From Puia sp. (lineage in GTDB: Bacteria > Bacteroidota > Bacteroidia > Chitinophagales > Chitinophagaceae), in NCBI GenBank assembly GCA_031292515.1, contig JARLGZ010000278.1, positions 17,891-81,890 on the forward strand: DNA of 64,000 nt. The letters run 5' to 3'. Numbering within the stretch: the stretch's first letter is position 1; every line of letters starts with the position of its first letter. A program made the position numbers and the translations under genes. The notes under the pieces were generated by a model. It ran no database searches. It was not told the origin of the DNA and saw only the letters and a program-made list of their open reading frames with translations. Below, piece by piece: positions 1 to 8,532 of this stretch.

Positions 1-1089
1 ACCGAATTGAGTACGATAGCTTCCACCGGATTGAACTCCACGATCGCCTCCATTTTTAAGAATCAGGACTTTATCAGTCAGGGTAGCATTGTGAAATGGC
101 AGAAGTATTGTAATTCGTTGCGGATTAAGATGCTGATGCGTGTCTCGGGTACATCCAAGTACAGTTCGAGAGCCAATACGGAAATCGCTTCTATTTTGGC
201 GGATCCTGCGACTTATCCTATATGCAATGGAGGCAGTACGACGGCCGGTGTTTTTGGAAGCGGACCCACCGCTTACACGGATGGCGTCTATCTTAGCCCC
301 CCTTCCAGCAAGACAGCTTTTACGTCCGGTCTGTATAGCGGACTGATAGGATGGGGTTATGCGGATCGGGGAACCAAGGTAATGATCGACACGCTGGTTA
401 ATAACAATGACCCGAGATTGAACCTGTTATTCATGCCAGGTTCGGCAACGACCACACAATTCATCGGGTTGGACGAAAGCCTGGATGCGGGCACCCAAAG
501 CGCTCAACTGACGGGAGGTCAAATAGCCGAATACAGTTTTCGTCTGACAAACAACAGCTTCCTTCCGATGCTCTATATAACCTCTTCGGAAATACAGTTG
601 TTGTTAGCGGATTATTATACGAATATCGCCCCCAATCCCGCGTTGGCGGGTCAGGCATACAATGCAGGTGTTACAAACTCCATCTATTGGTTTGACTGGC
701 TTTATTCAATAAGCGATAATACCAAGCCGATCTACGGTTCGTATACTTATGCGCCGCCTACTGCCGGTGCCATTTCGACCTATCTCACGGCCAGCAATAT
801 GGCCTGGACTACGGCTACGACGACCGCTCAGCAAAACGAGTTGATCGGTTTGCAGAAATGGATCCATTACAATGTATTTGAAACCAATGAGAACTGGGCT
901 GAGCTAAGAAGAACGGGATATCCCATCTTGAACTTTGTACCGGATAATGCCTCGAGTCTTGCCACTCAGCCTTCTGACAGGTTTTACTATCCTGAAAGCG
1001 AGTTGTTGTACAATACGGCGAATTATGACGCGGCAACAAACAACGGTGCTACGAATATACCTACGACCAAAATATTCTGGCAACCTTAA
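1..1089 (+). CDS. SusD/RagB-family nutrient-binding outer-membrane lipoprotein, C-terminal part (5' end cut by window edge)
   Basis: The frame-1 ORF is open from base 1, so the Met at 7 in the ORF track is internal. It has a C-terminal NENWAELRRTGYPIL-type motif and the Y/W/N-rich composition typical of SusD-like proteins. Stop at 1087-1089. Confidence 0.75.
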   Translation, partial: TELSTIASTGLNSTIASIFKNQDFISQGSIVKWQKYCNSLRIKMLMRVSGTSKYSSRANTEIASILADPATYPICNGGSTTAGVFGSGPTAYTDGVYLSPPSSKTAFTSGLYSGLIGWGYADRGTKVMIDTLVNNNDPRLNLLFMPGSATTTQFIGLDESLDAGTQSAQLTGGQIAEYSFRLTNNSFLPMLYITSSEIQLLLADYYTNIAPNPALAGQAYNAGVTNSIYWFDWLYSISDNTKPIYGSYTYAPPTAGAISTYLTASNMAWTTATTTAQQNELIGLQKWIHYNVFETNENWAELRRTGYPILNFVPDNASSLATQPSDRFYYPESELLYNTANYDAATNNGATNIPTTKIFWQP

Positions 1090-1108
1090 AATAAATTAAA
1101 TGCTCAGG

Positions 1109-1142
1109 ATAATAAAGGCTACCCCGGGGTAGCCTTTATTAT
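1109..1142. terminator. Perfect 17-bp-arm palindrome between convergent genes (bidirectional terminator candidate)
   Basis: ATAATAAAGGCTACCCC/GGGGTAGCCTTTATTAT are exact reverse complements. The palindrome sits between the SusD stop (1089) and the GH92 stop (1171) and has A/T-rich flanks on both sides. Confidence 0.6.
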
Positions 1143-1170
1143 TTACCTCCATTCCCCGCAGGGGCACTTC

Positions 1171-3498
1171 CTATTCACCCGGCCGGTCTTCCTTCGCTGC
1201 TCCCCAACGTTTATTCGGTACGGCAGACATTACAAACTCCAATATCCCTCCCTGCATCAGGTCAGCATGATCGATATATGATTTCGGGTAGGGCCGGTTG
1301 TTGAAGCGGACGGCCTTGATATAAGGACGGCCCCTGCCATTGTGAAGGGCACGGATCACCAATTGCTTTTTGCCGGGTAAAGCTAATACGGCCTCATCGA
1401 TGTCCGGGCTACCGAACACATAGCGTCCTCCGACAGGATTGGCCGGGTATAGCCCCAGGATGCTCCAGACGCCCCAGGCGCTGATCTGCCCGCAGTCTTC
1501 ATTGCCTGCATAACCGTCCACTCCGTCATGATACATCGAATCGACGATCAGCCGGACCTTCTCCTGCGTCTTCCAGGGCGCCCCGGCATAACTATAGAGA
1601 TAGGCAATATGATGGCTGGGTTCATTTCCGTGGGCATACTGGCCGATCATGCCGATGACGTCGCTGCCTGCGTCAGGTCCTGTGATCCTTGGGCTTGCCC
1701 CGAAAAGGGCATCGAGGCGGGCAATGAATTTCGAATTGCCGCCGTATAGGGCGATCATTGCTTTTACATCCTGCGGCACAAAGAAGCTATATTGCCAGGC
1801 ATTCCCTTCGCGGTAGTGGATATCACGCCCGTATCCCACCCAAAATGGATCGAAGGGCTCGATCCGCGATCCATCCGAATTCCTGGCCCGCATGAAGCCC
1901 GTGACCGGATCGAAAAGCAGTTTATACCCTTCCGACCGTTTCATATACTCCTCGTAATCCACCCGCTTTCCCAGCTTTTTAGCCACCTGCGCGATGCACC
2001 AATCATCATAACCATACTCCAGGGTGACGGTCACGCTCGAACCCCCTTTGTCCTGGGGCAGATAGCCGTAATGCATATAATCGGGCGTACCCCTGATAGA
2101 CTGGTGCGCGGACTCAGTCATGGCCCTATAGGCACGCTCAGCATCCAGGCCGGGCTCGTTCTTTAAAATAGCATCGGCGAGTACAGGAACGGAATGATAA
2201 CCCGTCATGGTCCCCGTTTCATTGGTACTAAGGTCCCATACCGGCAGGAGCCCGTTTTCATCATGGAACGCCAGCATGCTGTTGAGGATATCGGCCAGTC
2301 GTTCGGTATGCAATACGGTAAACAAAGGATGGAGGGCGCGGAACGTATCCCAAAGGGAATAGACGGTATAACGCTGACCATCGGACATTTTATGCAGGCT
2401 CCCTTTGGCATTCCTATACTCCCCGTCGGCATCCGAATACAGGACCGGCGCCATGCAGGTATGGTAATAAGCCGTATAAAAAATCCGTTCCAAATGTTTG
2501 TCGGAAGTCCTGATCCTTACTTTCCCCAGTTCTTTCTCCCATTTATCCTCCGCCTGACGACGCAAATCCCCAAAATCCCATCCGGGTGCCTCTCCCAGCG
2601 CTTCCAGCGCTTTTTCGGTACCGGTCATCGATAAAGCTACTTTCATTTGAATGGTTCGCCGGAGACCTTGTCCTTTCTGCCCAGTCTGCCGCCCGGTCTG
2701 TGGAGTCTGATCGCCAAAGACCAACTGTGCCCGGATCCATTTGGCGCTGAGGCTGTCCCGTTCCGCCGGGTATACTTGCCCATCTGCCCAGAGCCGCATT
2801 CCGGAAAAAGGTACAGAACAACGGGCGGCGAAATAAACACGCTGGAAACGGGCCCAACCGGTGGAATAGCGATAACCAACGATCGTGCTGTCGTCGATCC
2901 GCCGGATATAATCTTGCTGGTTGCGATCTTTATTAATGGCAAATCCCAGGTCAAAGCGGATCACCGGCAAACCTCCTGCCGGAAATTGATAAGCGTGAAA
3001 GCCGCAACGTTCCGTCGCGGTAAGAGACGCAAGGATCCCATTTTCCAATAGGACCGAATAATATCCCGGAGATGCCGTTTCATTTTGATGCCTGAAGGCG
3101 ATCTTGCAGAACCTTCCGGTATCCGGCAGAAGGCCGTTAGAAGGCAAAACCGAGATATCGCACCAGTCACCCGCACCGGTTCCGCTTAGATGCATATGGC
3201 TGAAGCCGGAGATTATACTATCACTGTAATGATAGCCGCTGCTCCAATCCTCGCCCTCGCTTCCGTTGTCCGGGCTCAACTGCACCATGCCGAAGGGTAC
3301 GGTGGCGCCCGGATAAGTATGTCCATGTCCGCCGGTGCCGATAAAAGGGTCTACAAAATCAATCAGTTTCTGTGTCTTTCCCCCGGTGCCGATGCCCCAG
3401 CAAGCCAGCAGCAGCAATAACCCCCGCCTTTTAAGACCATGCATTTCGAAACCTTTCCTTGTAAACCTTGTCGATGCTTGTTCCTTTCTTTTGTTCAT
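1171..3498 (-). CDS. Glycoside hydrolase family 92 (alpha-mannosidase-type), secreted
   Basis: N-terminal FVDPFIGTGGHGHTYPGATVPFGMVQLSPDN and later HGNEPSHHIAYLYSYAG are hallmark GH92 blocks. A signal-like RRGLLLLLACWG is present. An alternative start at 3444 (MHGLKRRG) is possible. Confidence 0.9.
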   Translation of the reverse strand: MNKRKEQASTRFTRKGFEMHGLKRRGLLLLLACWGIGTGGKTQKLIDFVDPFIGTGGHGHTYPGATVPFGMVQLSPDNGSEGEDWSSGYHYSDSIISGFSHMHLSGTGAGDWCDISVLPSNGLLPDTGRFCKIAFRHQNETASPGYYSVLLENGILASLTATERCGFHAYQFPAGGLPVIRFDLGFAINKDRNQQDYIRRIDDSTIVGYRYSTGWARFQRVYFAARCSVPFSGMRLWADGQVYPAERDSLSAKWIRAQLVFGDQTPQTGRQTGQKGQGLRRTIQMKVALSMTGTEKALEALGEAPGWDFGDLRRQAEDKWEKELGKVRIRTSDKHLERIFYTAYYHTCMAPVLYSDADGEYRNAKGSLHKMSDGQRYTVYSLWDTFRALHPLFTVLHTERLADILNSMLAFHDENGLLPVWDLSTNETGTMTGYHSVPVLADAILKNEPGLDAERAYRAMTESAHQSIRGTPDYMHYGYLPQDKGGSSVTVTLEYGYDDWCIAQVAKKLGKRVDYEEYMKRSEGYKLLFDPVTGFMRARNSDGSRIEPFDPFWVGYGRDIHYREGNAWQYSFFVPQDVKAMIALYGGNSKFIARLDALFGASPRITGPDAGSDVIGMIGQYAHGNEPSHHIAYLYSYAGAPWKTQEKVRLIVDSMYHDGVDGYAGNEDCGQISAWGVWSILGLYPANPVGGRYVFGSPDIDEAVLALPGKKQLVIRALHNGRGRPYIKAVRFNNRPYPKSYIDHADLMQGGILEFVMSAVPNKRWGAAKEDRPGE

Positions 3499-3798
3499 TT
3501 TTCACGCTTTTTCTGCTGCGTCAGTGTCTTTCCACGAACGCCCATATGGCCAAAAATAGCAGAAATTTTCATTAGCCGGCTCTCATAAATACGCTTAAGC
3601 GTATCCTGTAAGTGTATCCTGCCCTGAAGTCTTGTTTCCAGGCTTTACTTAATAAATCTTTCTGACGGCGAATCTGAGCGTGAAGTGTCTTTCCGGTACC
3701 CCTGCCGGGTAGTAGCCTGACATTCGGTTACGGCACCACGCGTTCCCGGGGAACTTCGCAGGGATGAGGGGGCGGGATAATAATTGATTAAATCCTGG

Positions 3799-3822
3799 AC
3801 CCGCGATTTGCGGGTTTTTTGT
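3799..3822 (+). terminator. Intrinsic terminator with no upstream plus-strand CDS (orphan)
   Basis: ACCCGC-GATTT-GCGGGT stem-loop followed by TTTTTTGTATTTTT. It lies 82 nt upstream of the ATG at 3904. The only upstream gene (GH92) is on the opposite strand. Confidence 0.55.
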
Positions 3823-3903
3823 ATTTTTGGGCAGTTCAGATCCATTCACTCCTCTGCGGAACCCCAAAGCATACCTGCCATTGTTCCATTTTCGCACACA
3901 TCT

Positions 3904-5463
3904 ATGACCATGAAACGTATATTGCCTTTTTGGACGCTGTTTTCCGCGATCATCCTGATATTATCCTGCGGGAAAGAGTCCAGCTACGAGAAACCATTGT
4001 CCAGCTCATCGTCAGGCAGTTTGCTATCACCTTTTGGGGATTGCCTTCCCTCCTCGTCGTATGGGGTTTTCAAGACGGGATCGACTCTCACCGCCGCTAA
4101 CTATATCGAAATACAGGTATCTGTGACGAAAACGGGTAAATATCTCATTTCCACGGATACGGTCAACGGGTTTTCTTTCAAAGGCCAGGGAGTGTTTTCA
4201 AGCACGGGCGTGGATACGGTCCGCCTGGCAGGCACCGGGAAGCCGGCCGCCAAAGGAACCAGCACTTTTCATTTTACGTATGATTCCACTACTTGTTCCA
4301 TAGACATCCCGGTAGTGGATTCTGCCACGGCGGGCGCGGCTGTGTTTACACTGGGATCTGATCCGTCGAATGCCTGCACCAGCGTTGTCCTGAGTGGAAA
4401 TTATAAAACGGGTACGCCCCTGGACGGTTCGAATACCGTCACCCTCTCCGTAAATGTGACCACTCCGGGCGCTTATTCGCTGAGCGTATCGGCTGTGAAT
4501 GGGATCACCTTTTCGAAAACGGGTGTTTTTACCGCCACGGGCGCCCAGAATGTAGTCCTTACCGGGTCGGGCACTCCTGCCAATGCCGGTAACTTTACCG
4601 GCTCGCTCAATGGAGCGACCAATAGTTGTTCGTTCGGCATCACCGTAACCGGTTCTACTCCGGCCGCCTTTGCGTTGACGGGGGCACCTGGCGCCTGCAC
4701 GAGCCCGGCGATCAACGGGACGTATCAGGCAGGCGTGGCCTTGGTCCCGGGTAACACCCTGGCGGTAAAATTGGATGTAGCCACCGCGGGAAGCTATAGC
4801 CTGCACACCGATACGGTCGACGGGATCAGTTTCTCGGGGGCAGGCACGCTTGCAGCAGGCGCGGGACAAACGGTGATCCTGAGCGGTACCGGCACCCCCG
4901 CCAACCAGGGAACGTTTACGTTCACTCCCAGATCCGGAGGCTCTTCCTGTACTTTCTCGCTCACGGTAAATGCGGCTCCTCCCGTAGCACCCGGTGTTTT
5001 TACCGCTACCATTGACGGGGTGGCTCTTGCTTTTAATGACCGCGCGACGGCAACGACCTCAGAGACAAATCCCGTTACGAATACACCGAATGGGCTGGGA
5101 CTGACCGGGTATACTGGCCCCCCCAATGGAAATACAGTCCCGGAGCTGCAGATCTTTGTCGCTACCAATAATGGCAACGCGGTACAACCGGGCACCTATA
5201 ATGTAAACGGATTCGCCTATGGAGGACCGTCGGGATATCGCATTGAAATCGATTATACGGCGTTAAATGCCGACAGTTCTGTCACGATCTGGAACACCAG
5301 CAGTACAGTGATTTCGCCGAATCCGCCTTTTACCATTGTCGTTACGAGTGCCACTTCGACACGGGTAAAGGGAACATTCAGCGGCACTCTGACCAATGTC
5401 TTCCAGGGAAGCACCCTCAATAAAGCGGTGACGTCAGGGGTATTCGATTTGCCGGTGCAATAG
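3904..5463 (+). CDS. Surface lipoprotein with three tandem ~107-111-aa Ig-like repeats plus a C-terminal beta-sandwich-like domain (function unknown)
   Basis: Start chosen at MTMKRILPFWTLFSAIILILSCGKE, which has a lipobox LSC. Three repeats each contain a Cys pair exactly 84 residues apart. The ORF-track 5' extension to 3784 runs across the terminator and is unlikely to be coding. Confidence 0.7.
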   Translation: MTMKRILPFWTLFSAIILILSCGKESSYEKPLSSSSSGSLLSPFGDCLPSSSYGVFKTGSTLTAANYIEIQVSVTKTGKYLISTDTVNGFSFKGQGVFSSTGVDTVRLAGTGKPAAKGTSTFHFTYDSTTCSIDIPVVDSATAGAAVFTLGSDPSNACTSVVLSGNYKTGTPLDGSNTVTLSVNVTTPGAYSLSVSAVNGITFSKTGVFTATGAQNVVLTGSGTPANAGNFTGSLNGATNSCSFGITVTGSTPAAFALTGAPGACTSPAINGTYQAGVALVPGNTLAVKLDVATAGSYSLHTDTVDGISFSGAGTLAAGAGQTVILSGTGTPANQGTFTFTPRSGGSSCTFSLTVNAAPPVAPGVFTATIDGVALAFNDRATATTSETNPVTNTPNGLGLTGYTGPPNGNTVPELQIFVATNNGNAVQPGTYNVNGFAYGGPSGYRIEIDYTALNADSSVTIWNTSSTVISPNPPFTIVVTSATSTRVKGTFSGTLTNVFQGSTLNKAVTSGVFDLPVQ

Positions 5464-5729
5464 GCGCAGGGAGCGGAACCCGAAACGAGTTTCGTCCTTG
5501 TCCATTTCAATCCTTCCGATCCATCGGAAGAAAGGTAGTATTGAGGATCGCAAGTTGTTGATAATAAATAAGTTTTGGTCGAATAAGCGAACCGGGAAAC
5601 CGGCCGGTAAAACTACAGCCGGGTCGTTTGTCTATTATACCCGAAAGCGGTATCTTCATCAGGCATTTTTGTTCTGATTGCATGTAACCTGCGAATGGCA
5701 AAACGGCGTCAGAAAAGAAACTGACAATT

Positions 5730-6659
5730 ATGAGCAGAAAACTTGATTTGATTGCTATGGCCACCGTCGTTGTTGCAGCCATCTCCTTGCTTCTATACTA
5801 CGCCAATAGGAGTATAGACTTAACTACCGGCTGTATCGGAGAACAACAACCTCCGGCTTCCGGAGAAAATGCCACAAAGGGACTTAGCGTACTTCAAGTT
5901 TGGGAAATGCCGGATGAACTAACCGAAATATCGGCTAATGTCCTTGTCGATTCCACCCACATGGCTTGTGTGCAGGACAACGATGGTGTAATTTATATCT
6001 ACAATCTGAAAAGCAAATCCGTCGATAAAAAGATCTCCTTCGGGGGTAACGGCGACTATGAGGGATTGTCACTCGTAGGTACGATATTTTATGTTTTACG
6101 CAGCGATGGTTTTTTATATGAGGTTGCCACCGGCAACGCCCAAAAGCCAATCGTTAAAACCTACGACCTGCCCCTGGAAATCGAAAATTATACAGAACCT
6201 ATGTTCTATGATCATGAGCACAATCGTCTTTTGATCGGGACAAAAGACAAAGACTTGACGGAAAATGATAGGAAAGGGGTGTATGCTTTTGACCTTACCA
6301 CAAAGAAAATGAACACACATGCTGTTTTTATGATCGGAGGTCAAAGCATTAGTCAAGAGAATAGCGACGATAAGAAAAGTCGTCGTAACGGTAAGAAGAG
6401 GAAAAAAAGGGCGAAAGATGATATAATGCCATCTGAGATCGCCATCCACCCTCAAACAGGAAGCCTCTATGTCTTGAGCGGGCCGAAGTCTGAACTGTTA
6501 ATTGCGGATCGATCGGGACAGATCCAATCTACGATTCAGTTGGATAAAAAGATATTTCCCCAGCCGGAAGGCATGTGTTTTACGCCATCCGGGGGGCTTT
6601 ATATTTCAAGTGAGGGCGGCAAGAAGGGCAGGGGGGTGATTGCCAAAGTTCAGCTTTGA
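5730..6659 (+). CDS. Membrane-anchored beta-propeller protein, SdiA-regulated/YjiK-like family (tentative)
   Basis: N-terminal TM helix (IAMATVVVAAISLLLYY). The blocks LTEISA, GDYEGLSL and PEGMCFTPSGGLYISSEG resemble SdiA-regulated domain proteins. There is an internal Lys/Arg-rich insert. Confidence 0.5.
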   Translation: MSRKLDLIAMATVVVAAISLLLYYANRSIDLTTGCIGEQQPPASGENATKGLSVLQVWEMPDELTEISANVLVDSTHMACVQDNDGVIYIYNLKSKSVDKKISFGGNGDYEGLSLVGTIFYVLRSDGFLYEVATGNAQKPIVKTYDLPLEIENYTEPMFYDHEHNRLLIGTKDKDLTENDRKGVYAFDLTTKKMNTHAVFMIGGQSISQENSDDKKSRRNGKKRKKRAKDDIMPSEIAIHPQTGSLYVLSGPKSELLIADRSGQIQSTIQLDKKIFPQPEGMCFTPSGGLYISSEGGKKGRGVIAKVQL

Positions 6660-6762
6660 CGGGACAATTTCGGGCATTTTGCCCGGATCCGGCTTGTCAA
6701 AAAGCTCATTTGCAGAACGGTTCCAAAACCCGGTCTTCCCATCGTCTGGCCTGTTCTATAGT

Positions 6763-7716
6763 CTATACGTACTGATTGGCAAATTCCAGGCATTTTTTCA
6801 CTTCAGTCAAGGCGTCGGAATTGGCAGGGATATTATATTCCAATTCTATGCTCATGGGAATCGGGTAATTTTTTTCCTTTACGAGGGTGATGATTTCCCT
6901 GATAGGCGTGTCCCCCTGTCCCCAGGGCATGTTTTCCCCTCCATGCTCTTTTGATAGCCTGTCTTTCAAATGTATGCTGGTGATCCTTTGATGTTTTTGC
7001 TGAATGAATGCAAGCAGCGTTTCCCTGGTATTATTGCCCCCGGCGGCTATATAATGCCCGCAATCCAAATTGATGCTATTGTTGGGGGACTGGCTCAAAG
7101 CCAAATCCCACGCAGTATCCGTCGCCTGCGTATGAGCGTGATACCCGACAAATATCTTATTTTTTTCGGCGAGCCTGCCAAGTCTCAACGAATGATTTGG
7201 ATCCCTGGGCAATTCAACGGTTACGGAGCCCGCTCCCAGGGCTTTCCCGGCTTTATATGCATATTCGATTTCACCGTCGGAATTACTGTCATTCAATGCA
7301 TCCGGCTTAAAGGCATATACCGTGATGCCGCCGTCGGCCAAGCGTTTCCTGCATTCGATAAATTTGTCGAAACTGATCGTTTCTCTCCAGCTCCGGACCC
7401 TGGCTTTGTAGTTTTCCTGTGTCTCTTCTTTGTTCGGAGCGGGTTTGCCGGCAAATTCTTCAGCGGCTCCGCCCATTAATTCAATCGCTTTGATTCCGGT
7501 CTGATTACAATATTTTATGATATTATCGATGCCGTCCGGGAGAGAGCGAAAGGAATAGGTAATCGCCCCGATGACAACAGTATGTTTTTTCGAAGATGCG
7601 CCCAAAGCTTTTTTTGCGAAAAGGGACACTCCGCCAAAAATGCCGAAGCTGCCCAAGGTGGTCATTTGAATGAATTTTCTTCTCGATTGCGTCTTGTTAT
7701 TGTTCTTCCGATCCAT
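6763..7716 (-). CDS. Tat-signal sugar phosphate isomerase/epimerase (xylose isomerase-like TIM barrel)
   Basis: Twin-arginine leader SRRKFIQMTTLGSFGIFGG. The IELMGG...GYHAH...NLDCGHY...IHLKD pattern is typical of AP-endonuclease-2/xylose isomerase-like TIM barrels. Confidence 0.8.
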   Translation of the reverse strand: MDRKNNNKTQSRRKFIQMTTLGSFGIFGGVSLFAKKALGASSKKHTVVIGAITYSFRSLPDGIDNIIKYCNQTGIKAIELMGGAAEEFAGKPAPNKEETQENYKARVRSWRETISFDKFIECRKRLADGGITVYAFKPDALNDSNSDGEIEYAYKAGKALGAGSVTVELPRDPNHSLRLGRLAEKNKIFVGYHAHTQATDTAWDLALSQSPNNSINLDCGHYIAAGGNNTRETLLAFIQQKHQRITSIHLKDRLSKEHGGENMPWGQGDTPIREIITLVKEKNYPIPMSIELEYNIPANSDALTEVKKCLEFANQYV

Positions 7717-7918
7717 AGATTTTTCTTTTAAGTATTATTTATCTCCCAAATTAGCAATATTCTCCAAAAAAAAGTCTGAATTCAATGCTTATTTGCTGAT
7801 GCCATATCAAACCGGCCGTTATACAGGGTCTCCCGAAAGATCATTCGGTAGAAGCGACTGAGGATAAGACTAATTTGTATAAATTCGTGTCCGCCGCTAA
7901 ATTGCTTAACTACTTCCC

Positions 7919-8500
7919 ATGAGTGCGATATTGATTTTTGACTATGACCCGGAATGGGCCTTGCAATTTAAAGAACTGAAAGATATATTTGAAACCCATC
8001 TCGATGGACTGATCCGGGGAATAGAGCATGTTGGGAGTATGTCCGTAGCCGGTTTGGCGGCAAAGCCGATATTGGACATCGATATCATTATCGGGGATAC
8101 CGATCAATTGGATGCAGTCATATCCAAATTATCCGGGATAGGATACCGATACCAGGGTGACTTAGGAATCCCTGATCGTTATGCTTTTTCCGCAACCAAT
8201 GAATACATACCCATTACCCCGACAAAGAGAAGATGGCCTAAGCATCACTTATATTGCTGTGTCTCAGGGTCTGTATCATTAAGGAACCATCTTATACTCA
8301 GGGATACCCTGAGAAACAACCAGGATCTAGCGAATGAGTATGCGGACTTAAAAAGAAAACTCGCCGGCATTTATCCGAGTGATATGGATGCGTATATTGA
8401 AGGCAAAAGCAGTTTTATAGGAAAAATACTGCAAAGAGGGGGAATGTCTCAAGCCGAGGTCGGAGACATCGAAAGGAAAAATAAAGCCAAAGGGGCCTGA
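7919..8500 (+). CDS. GrpB family protein
   Basis: IEHVGSMSVAGLAAKPILDIDIII and the later RDTLRNNQDLANEYADLKRKLA match the GrpB (nucleotidyltransferase-fold) signature. Confidence 0.8.
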   Translation: MSAILIFDYDPEWALQFKELKDIFETHLDGLIRGIEHVGSMSVAGLAAKPILDIDIIIGDTDQLDAVISKLSGIGYRYQGDLGIPDRYAFSATNEYIPITPTKRRWPKHHLYCCVSGSVSLRNHLILRDTLRNNQDLANEYADLKRKLAGIYPSDMDAYIEGKSSFIGKILQRGGMSQAEVGDIERKNKAKGA

Positions 8501-8532
8501 ATCTATAATCATTATTGTTGTAACGGCAATCT

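Noticed and set aside
3661-3775. Ordered CTGAG ... ACCC ... CCTGA ... GCG ... AGGGA elements reminiscent of a TPP riboswitch.
   Set aside because: The spacing between ACCC and CCTGA is too long. CTGAGC differs from the conserved CUGAGA. I could not draw the P1-P5 helices convincingly, and the downstream gene is not thiamine-related. An Infernal scan is needed to settle it.
3784-3903. ORF-track start for the repeat lipoprotein, 40 codons upstream of the lipobox-containing Met.
   Set aside because: The extension is translated across the intrinsic terminator hairpin and U-tract. The Met at 3904 gives a canonical lipoprotein signal peptide.
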